Source: an uncultured Bacteroidales bacterium (GTDB lineage Bacteria > Bacteroidota > Bacteroidia > Bacteroidales > Muribaculaceae). From it: a stretch of DNA of 64,000 nucleotides. The position numbers and the translations under genes were made by a program. Position 1 is the stretch's first letter. The number at the start of each line of letters is the position of its first letter. Shown here piece by piece: positions 57,685-64,000 of the stretch. Under the pieces are notes generated by a model. The model had not been told where the DNA came from. It ran no database searches and was given only the letters and a program-made list of their open reading frames with translations. The DNA is taken from contig CACZVR010000003.1 of the NCBI GenBank assembly GCA_902784675.1, forward strand, positions 9,899 through 73,898. Direction: 5' to 3'.

Positions 57685-59316
57685 TTAGTTGTGTTTCACC
57701 AAACGCTCATATTCAGGATTTCCTTCATGCAGCAAGCGCTGATAACGCTCACGGTCGTTGAGCACGTCATAGGCCGCCTTCACATCAGGATTGCGGTGGT
57801 TGATGACCACGCTGTAGGCACCAGGGTCGCCATAGATGTCGCGGGCAATCAGTCCCTTGATGATGGCCTTGAGCATCATCTCGCTGGTGCGGTATTTCTC
57901 CTCGTCATATTTCACGCTGTCCTTCTCGCCCATGGTGATGAAATCGCGCATCATCTCGTCGCTCACGATGAAGCCATTGTCAAAGTCTTTCACTGTCTTG
58001 AACTGCTTGTTGAGGGACTTGCGGTTCTTGTCCACATACTTGATGGCATACTGGTTGATAATGCCCTTGGCGCTCAAGTCGCGGTAATAGGTGGAATACT
58101 CGGAAGTGTCAACGGGCACATACACATCGGGCATCACACCGCCACCGCCGTAGATGGTGCGACCGTTCAGCCTGGTGGCATAGCGCAAAGTGTCGTTGAA
58201 CTGGATGCTGTCCAAGCAATAGTATTCGCCCTCGTTGGCACGGTCCAGCAACTCTTTCTCGTAGGCCTTCTTGTCGCCACGGTTATAGGGTTTCTGGATG
58301 CAACGGCCGCTGGGTGTGTAGTAGCGTGCCACGGTGAGGCGCATCATCGAGCCGTCCTCGAACTTGAAAGGTCGTTGCACCAGTCCCTTGCCGAAGGTGC
58401 GTCTTCCCACAACCACGGCACGGTCCCAGTCCTGCATGGCGCCAGCAAAGATCTCGGCGGCCGATGCTGAATACTGGTTGACAATCACTACCATGTGCAG
58501 GTCCTTGTAGCTGCCCCAGCCGTTGGCGTTAGCCTCGCTGCGCGGGTTGTTCTCGCCCTCGGTGTAGACCATCAACTGGCCTCGTTCCAGGAACTCGTTG
58601 CACATGTCGATGGCGGCATTCAGGTAGCCGCCGCCATTGTCGGCCAGATCCAGGATGAGCTGTGTCATGCCCTGTTTCTTCAGGTCTTTCAAGGCATCCA
58701 TCATCTCCTCATAGGTTTTTGCGCCAAAGCGAGAGATGCGCAGGTAGCCCGTTTGCTCGTCCATCATGTAGCTGGCATCGATGCTGTGAACAGGAATGTT
58801 GTCTCGCGTGATGCGGAAGGTGATCAGCTCGGGCACACCGGCACGTTTCACCTTGATGATGACCGTGGATCCCTTCTTGCCGCGCAATCGTTTCTGGATG
58901 TCGCTGTTTTTCATCTTCACGCCGGCGATGAGCGTGTCGTTGACGTAGATGATGCGGTCGCCGGCCAACACACCCACGCGCTCACTGGGGCCACCGGGCA
59001 CGGTCTGGATGACATACAGCGTGTCCTTGTTCATGTTGAACTGGATGCCCACACCGCTGAATTCGCCCTGCAAGGGCTCCTCCAGTTCCTTGGTTTCCTT
59101 GGCATCGGTATAGGATGAATGAGGGTCAAGGCTCTCAAGCATTCCCTTGATGGCCTCCTCGATGAGTTTGTCCTCATCAACCGAGTCCACATACAGCGTC
59201 GAGATGGCATACTCTGCGTTCAGCAGTTTCTGCATTGCCTGCGGCATGCCACGCTGTGCTGACACCGACAATGACAGTGCCACAAACAGCGGCAAAACCA
59301 AAAATATCTTTTTCAT
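57685..59316 (-). CDS. S41 C-terminal processing peptidase
   Basis: LDPHS.Y, PDZ, DL..NGGG, SASA.EI, TFGKGLVQ. Confidence 0.93.
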   Translation of the reverse strand: MKKIFLVLPLFVALSLSVSAQRGMPQAMQKLLNAEYAISTLYVDSVDEDKLIEEAIKGMLESLDPHSSYTDAKETKELEEPLQGEFSGVGIQFNMNKDTLYVIQTVPGGPSERVGVLAGDRIIYVNDTLIAGVKMKNSDIQKRLRGKKGSTVIIKVKRAGVPELITFRITRDNIPVHSIDASYMMDEQTGYLRISRFGAKTYEEMMDALKDLKKQGMTQLILDLADNGGGYLNAAIDMCNEFLERGQLMVYTEGENNPRSEANANGWGSYKDLHMVVIVNQYSASAAEIFAGAMQDWDRAVVVGRRTFGKGLVQRPFKFEDGSMMRLTVARYYTPSGRCIQKPYNRGDKKAYEKELLDRANEGEYYCLDSIQFNDTLRYATRLNGRTIYGGGGVMPDVYVPVDTSEYSTYYRDLSAKGIINQYAIKYVDKNRKSLNKQFKTVKDFDNGFIVSDEMMRDFITMGEKDSVKYDEEKYRTSEMMLKAIIKGLIARDIYGDPGAYSVVINHRNPDVKAAYDVLNDRERYQRLLHEGNPEYERLVKHN

Positions 59317-59340
59317 GTGATATGTTCTTTCTGAAATGGG

Positions 59341-59847
59341 TTATTTGACGGGGAGTTGAGACAAATCGGCATCTTCCGGGAGATAGCCGCTCACATCCTG
59401 GCCAAACCTGGCCAGTTCGCGCACGATGCTGCTGCTGATGTGGCTGTACTCGGGCAGGGTATAGAGCAGGATGGTTTCAATGCCGCTCAAGTCACGATTC
59501 ACCTCGGCAAGGTGTTTCTCGTTCTCGAAATCCTGAATCAGGCGCACGCCGCGCACAATGAACTGGGCACCCACCTCGCGGGCGATGTCAACAGTCATGT
59601 TCTCATAGCTGATGACCTTCACGCGTGGCTCGTCTTGAAAAACGCTCTCGATGAACGCTTTGCGTTGCTCCATGCTCATGAACGAACGTTTGTCGGCATT
59701 CACGCCGATGGCGATCACGAAACGGTCAAACAACGGCAGAGCCCTACGCACGATGGACTCATGTCCGCGTGTGAACGGGTCGAACGACCCGGGGAACAGC
59801 GCCACGCGGCACGCTTTGTTATCAATGCACTGTGATGTCTTCATCAT
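59341..59847 (-). CDS. coaD: Phosphopantetheine adenylyltransferase
   Basis: [15 protein letters not shown]...DFE.E, ISSS.VRE. Confidence 0.96.
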   Translation of the reverse strand: MMKTSQCIDNKACRVALFPGSFDPFTRGHESIVRRALPLFDRFVIAIGVNADKRSFMSMEQRKAFIESVFQDEPRVKVISYENMTVDIAREVGAQFIVRGVRLIQDFENEKHLAEVNRDLSGIETILLYTLPEYSHISSSIVRELARFGQDVSGYLPEDADLSQLPVK

Positions 59848-61804
59848 CCTCGTTCACTAGGTTGTCAATAATGAAATTCTGGCGTTCCATGGTGTTCTTG
59901 CCCATGAAGAAGGCGAGCATCTGCTTCACCGAGTCCTCCTTGCGCAGCGACACACGGTCAAGGCGCATATCGGGACCGATGAAGTCCTGGAACTCGTCGG
60001 GGGAAATCTCACCCAGACCTTTGAATCGTGTGATTTCGGCATTCTCACCCAGCTTGTCAAGCGCGTTGAGGCGCTCCTCGTCGCTGTAGCAGTAATAGGT
60101 CTCTACCTTTTGCGGCTTGGCCTCGCGCTTGCTGGTGCGCGACTTGCGTTTTGCGTCTTTCTTGTTGAGCACGCGGAACAGCGGCGTCTGCAGGATATAC
60201 AGGTGGCCGGTCTTGATCAATTCGGGGCAGAACTGCAGGAAATAGGTCAACAGCAGCAGGCGGATGTGCATGCCGTCAACATCGGCATCGGTGGCGATGA
60301 TGACCTTGTTGTAACGCAACCCGTCGATGCCGTCCTCGATGTTGAGTGCCGACTGCAGCATGGCGAATTCGGTGTTGGTGATGACCTTCTTGGGGTCGAG
60401 CCCATAGGTGTTCAGCGGCTTACCGCGCAGCGAGAATACGGCTTGTGTCTCCACGTCGCGAATCTTGGTGATGCTGCCGCTTGCCGACAAACCCTCGGTG
60501 ATGAAAATGCTGCTCTCGCCACGGCGGTCGTTGTCCTTGGGGGCGCGGGCGTCGTTGAAGTGGATGCGGCAGTCGCGCAGCTTGTCGTTGTGCAAGGCGG
60601 CCTTCTTGACGTTCTCGCGCACCTGCTTGCTCACGCCGGCAATGGCCTTGCGTTCGCGCTCGTTATCCTGGATTTTCTTCAGCAGCACCTCGGCAGTCTC
60701 GGGGGCCTTGTGCAGGTAGTTGTCCAGCTCGCGCTTGATGAAGTCGTTGATGTATTTATAAATTGTGGGGCCGTCTTTCCACATCACGCTGCTGCCCAGC
60801 TTGATCTTGGTCTGGGACTCGAAAACGGGTTCCTCGACCTTGACGCTGATGGCAGCGACGATACCGTTGCGGATGTCGCTATACTCGAAATTCTTGCCGT
60901 AGAATTCCTTGATAGTTCTGGACAGCGCCTCACGGAACGCGCTCTGGTGCGTGCCGCCCTGGGTCGTGTGCTGGCCGTTGACAAACGAGTAGAACTCCTC
61001 GCCCAATTGTGCTGCATGGGTGATGACCACCTCGATGTCGTCGCCCGTGAAGTGCATGAGCGGATACAGCGGGTCGTTGGTCATGTTCTCCTTGACCAGG
61101 TCGCTCAAGCCGTTGCGCGAGTGGTACTTCTTGCCGTTGAACGTGAGCGTCAGTCCCGTGTTCAGGTAAGAGTAGTTCTTGATCATCTGTTCGATGATGT
61201 CCTCGCGGAACTCGTAGTTCTTGAAGATTGAACTGTCGGGGATGAAGCGCACGAACGTTCCGTTTTCTTCTCCCTCGCTGGCAGCAATGACACCGCTCTC
61301 CTCCTTGGCAACACCCTCGTGATAGGTCACCGAGGAGCACTGGCCGTCGCGCACGCTGCGGATGTAGAACTCCGAGGACAGGGCGTTCACCGCCTTGATA
61401 CCCACACCGTTCAGACCCACCGACCGTTTGTAGGTCTGCGTGTCATACTTGGCACCGGTGTTCATCTTGGATGACGCTGCCTTGACCTGATCCAGGGGGA
61501 TACCACGGCCATAGTCACGGATGGTCACTGCGCCGTCGGCAACGTCGATGTCAATGTTGGGCTTGGCATAGCCGGTATTGAACTCGTCGATACTGTTGTC
61601 GATGACCTCCTTGATGAGGACGTAGATACCGTCATCGCTCTGGGAACCGTCACCCAGTTTGCCGATATACATACCGGGGCGCAGTCTTATGTGTTCACGC
61701 GGAGATAGCGTCACCAGGCGGTCATAACCGCCAAAATCGCTGTCCGTCGCTTGTCCCGCATTCACTTCGGGCTCTTCTATTTGATTCAGTTTATCTTTTG
61801 ACAT
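59822..61804 (-). CDS. parE: DNA topoisomerase IV subunit B
   Basis: [45 protein letters not shown]. Confidence 0.93.
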   Translation of the reverse strand: MSKDKLNQIEEPEVNAGQATDSDFGGYDRLVTLSPREHIRLRPGMYIGKLGDGSQSDDGIYVLIKEVIDNSIDEFNTGYAKPNIDIDVADGAVTIRDYGRGIPLDQVKAASSKMNTGAKYDTQTYKRSVGLNGVGIKAVNALSSEFYIRSVRDGQCSSVTYHEGVAKEESGVIAASEGEENGTFVRFIPDSSIFKNYEFREDIIEQMIKNYSYLNTGLTLTFNGKKYHSRNGLSDLVKENMTNDPLYPLMHFTGDDIEVVITHAAQLGEEFYSFVNGQHTTQGGTHQSAFREALSRTIKEFYGKNFEYSDIRNGIVAAISVKVEEPVFESQTKIKLGSSVMWKDGPTIYKYINDFIKRELDNYLHKAPETAEVLLKKIQDNERERKAIAGVSKQVRENVKKAALHNDKLRDCRIHFNDARAPKDNDRRGESSIFITEGLSASGSITKIRDVETQAVFSLRGKPLNTYGLDPKKVITNTEFAMLQSALNIEDGIDGLRYNKVIIATDADVDGMHIRLLLLTYFLQFCPELIKTGHLYILQTPLFRVLNKKDAKRKSRTSKREAKPQKVETYYCYSDEERLNALDKLGENAEITRFKGLGEISPDEFQDFIGPDMRLDRVSLRKEDSVKQMLAFFMGKNTMERQNFIIDNLVNEDDEDITVH

Positions 61805-62023
61805 TCTTTCTAGATGGTGATATCTGCATTTTTAACCTGCAAATATAGTAATAATCCTTCAACAATCATGCCAACGGCGTGTAACAATAAGGTTTATTAA
61901 CGATTGGGTGCGCTGTGTGAGGTGGTATAGAAAAATAATGTGACTTCAACGAGTCGTCATGTTTGTTTCATTCGCATTTGTTTTGTACTTTTGTGCCTTG
62001 TAATATAACACAAAATCTAAACA

Positions 62024-63550
62024 ATGATTATTATGGCAAGATTTCGCAATTTCATGCTTTTATGCCTGTGCGCACTGATGGCGGTTCCCGCTATGCGTGC
62101 AGACAACCTGACGATTATCGCAGTGAATGACACCCACAGCCAGATTGATCCCACCAGCGACAATCTGGGCGGTGTGGCACGCCGTCGTGCCATCTATGAC
62201 CAGTTGCGCGCCCAAAACCCCAACACCGTGCTGATTCATGCTGGTGATGCTGTTCAAGGCACGCTCTATTTCAGCATCTACCGTGGAGACGTGGAATATG
62301 CACTGATGGACACTTTGGGCTATGACGCTATCATTCTGGGTAATCATGAGTTTGACAACGGCATGGAGGAACTTGCAGCACATTATCGCAATGTCGATGC
62401 CGTGAAAATCAGCGCCAATTATGACTTCAGCGCCACACCGCTCGACGGTTTGTTCCAGCCCTATTGGATCAAAGCCGTGGGCGACAAGCGTGTGGCTTTC
62501 TTCGGCATCAATGTCAACCCTGTGGGCCTGATCGCCGAGACTAACTGCGAGAATTTGCGTTACATCAATGCCCCCGATGTGGCAGATGCCACGGCCCGCT
62601 ACCTCAAGGAGGTGATTGGCGTGGATTACGCCGTCATGGTGTCGCACATCGGTTACAGCAGCTATGAGCCCAGCGAGCCCAATGATGCGCTCATCATCGG
62701 TCAGAGCCACTATATCGACCTGGTCATCAGCTCGCACTCTCACACTACCATTAAACCTGGCAGCGGCATGGACCGTATCGCCAATGCCGACGGCAAACTC
62801 ATCCCCATCGGCCAGAATGGCAAGAGCGGCAAATTGGTCGCTACCTATGACTTGGATTTAGAGACCGGAAACGTCGTTTACAGCCACATTCCTGTTGACA
62901 ACAGTTGGGACGAAGCTGCAAGCCGTTATACCGCCATGGATGCGTGGTTGGGCGGTTACCGTCACGGTGTGGACAGCATCATGAGCAATCCCATTGCCGT
63001 GAGTGCCCGCCACATGAGAAACAGCAGTGCAGCAGCCCAGAACTGGGTGAGCGATGTTTCGCTGGAAATCATCAAGAAACTGTCGGGCATCAACAACATC
63101 GCCTGCGCCATCATGAACAAGGGTGGCATCCGCACCGATATGCCCGAGGGCACTGTTACCGAGGGCGTCATCCTCAATATGTTCCCCTTCGATAACAGGT
63201 TTGTCGTTCTGGAGATGACGGGCAATGACCTCATCGAGAGCGTGAAGCGCATGTGTGCTCGTGACGGTGATGCCGTGAGCAAGGAACTGCGTGCCACCTA
63301 CAACGACAAGGGCGAACTCATCAAGGCCACCCTCAACGGCAAGAAGATTGACCCCAACAAGATTTATAACGTCGCCACTATCGACTATCTGGCCAATGGC
63401 GGTGATTACATGGATTGCATGAAGGCCTGCAAACGCTTGTTCGTCGACAACCAGAAGTATGGTAACCACATTTTGAAATATGTGAAGGAATTGAACAACA
63501 AGCACATCAAGATCAATTCCACCGACGAGGTGAGAATCAGTAAGAAATAA
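62024..63550 (+). CDS. Bifunctional metallophosphatase/5'-nucleotidase
   Basis: NDTHS, AGD, GNHEFD, SHIG, HSH; C-domain N.GGIR, PFDN, YLANGGD. Confidence 0.92.
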   Translation: MIIMARFRNFMLLCLCALMAVPAMRADNLTIIAVNDTHSQIDPTSDNLGGVARRRAIYDQLRAQNPNTVLIHAGDAVQGTLYFSIYRGDVEYALMDTLGYDAIILGNHEFDNGMEELAAHYRNVDAVKISANYDFSATPLDGLFQPYWIKAVGDKRVAFFGINVNPVGLIAETNCENLRYINAPDVADATARYLKEVIGVDYAVMVSHIGYSSYEPSEPNDALIIGQSHYIDLVISSHSHTTIKPGSGMDRIANADGKLIPIGQNGKSGKLVATYDLDLETGNVVYSHIPVDNSWDEAASRYTAMDAWLGGYRHGVDSIMSNPIAVSARHMRNSSAAAQNWVSDVSLEIIKKLSGINNIACAIMNKGGIRTDMPEGTVTEGVILNMFPFDNRFVVLEMTGNDLIESVKRMCARDGDAVSKELRATYNDKGELIKATLNGKKIDPNKIYNVATIDYLANGGDYMDCMKACKRLFVDNQKYGNHILKYVKELNNKHIKINSTDEVRISKK

Positions 63551-63614
63551 ACTTTTAACCATAAGTTTTTTGTTGCTGGTGTTCAGGTTTTACAGCGTAT
63601 AAAAGAATAAGATA

Positions 63615-64000
63615 ATGACCAAATTCATTCGTGTATTATTGTTTGTGTTGGCAGTGACGATGGCGTCACATGTCACTGCGCGCTCTACCAGGGACTTGCC
63701 CAATCTGTTCAACAACGTTGACCTGGTGGAGATGAACAACTGGGTGGACAGTGTGTTCAACTCGCTGTCGCCCGAGGGACGCATTGGCCAGCTGATTGTA
63801 GCTGATGTGACACCGTCGGCCAACGATGCCGTGCGTGATTATGTGAGGCAACTGGTCACCAAGAATTTGGTGGGCGGACTCATCTATGAGCGCAGCACCA
63901 TGAGCGACCAGGCCAGTATCACCAACCTGGCGCAGTCACTTGCCGCAGTGCCGCTGATGATCACCATCGACGGTGAGTGGGGCTTGGGCATGAGGCTCAA
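63615..64000 (+). CDS. GH3 glycoside hydrolase (NagZ-like), truncated by the window end
   Basis: Manual translation MTKFIR..WVDSVFNSLS...IGQL..PLMITIDGEWGLGMRL. Confidence 0.88.
   Translation, partial: MTKFIRVLLFVLAVTMASHVTARSTRDLPNLFNNVDLVEMNNWVDSVFNSLSPEGRIGQLIVADVTPSANDAVRDYVRQLVTKNLVGGLIYERSTMSDQASITNLAQSLAAVPLMITIDGEWGLGMRL

Noticed and set aside
1-64000. tRNA, rRNA, IS transposase, integrase or prophage genes
   Set aside because: None recognisable by eye in ORFs or intergenic regions

Overview
Chromosomal window from a fairly GC-rich Bacteroidales genome, probably Muribaculaceae-like (TAnnTTTG -7 promoters, dockerin-tipped secreted proteins). It is mostly housekeeping: efp, HU, rfbA/fdt, ribE, menG, phoH, ispH-cmk, polyprenyl synthase-tatD, a peptidoglycan-peptide recycling cluster, etfBA-acyl-CoA dehydrogenase, dacB, rsmI, bcp, recR, coaD and parE. 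The best candidate for an undescribed system is an AT-rich ~4.2 kb island (~21160-25400) with no integrase, sitting between cmk and the lipoprotein/polyprenyl-synthase operon. It carries a sensor-less, tandem-duplicated histidine-kinase-like protein and a 2-TM membrane-anchored receiver protein. These are flanked by oppositely transcribed tiny hyper-acidic or Cys-rich ORFs whose untranslated regions hold a sigma-54-type promoter, an H-type pseudoknot, a kissing-loop pair and a multi-stem 3' RNA. Other points of interest: a fused ABC-ATPase/TOPRIM-like (DUF4435, PARIS/OLD-like) gene bracketed by 9-nt periodic repeats; 7- and 9-mer tandem repeats at many gene junctions; a PCMD/porin/dockerin cluster and a miaA copy with several internal deletions (real decay or assembly error); and an unannotated 43-aa basic ORF. 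All domain and RNA-structure calls were made by eye, and no searches were run.
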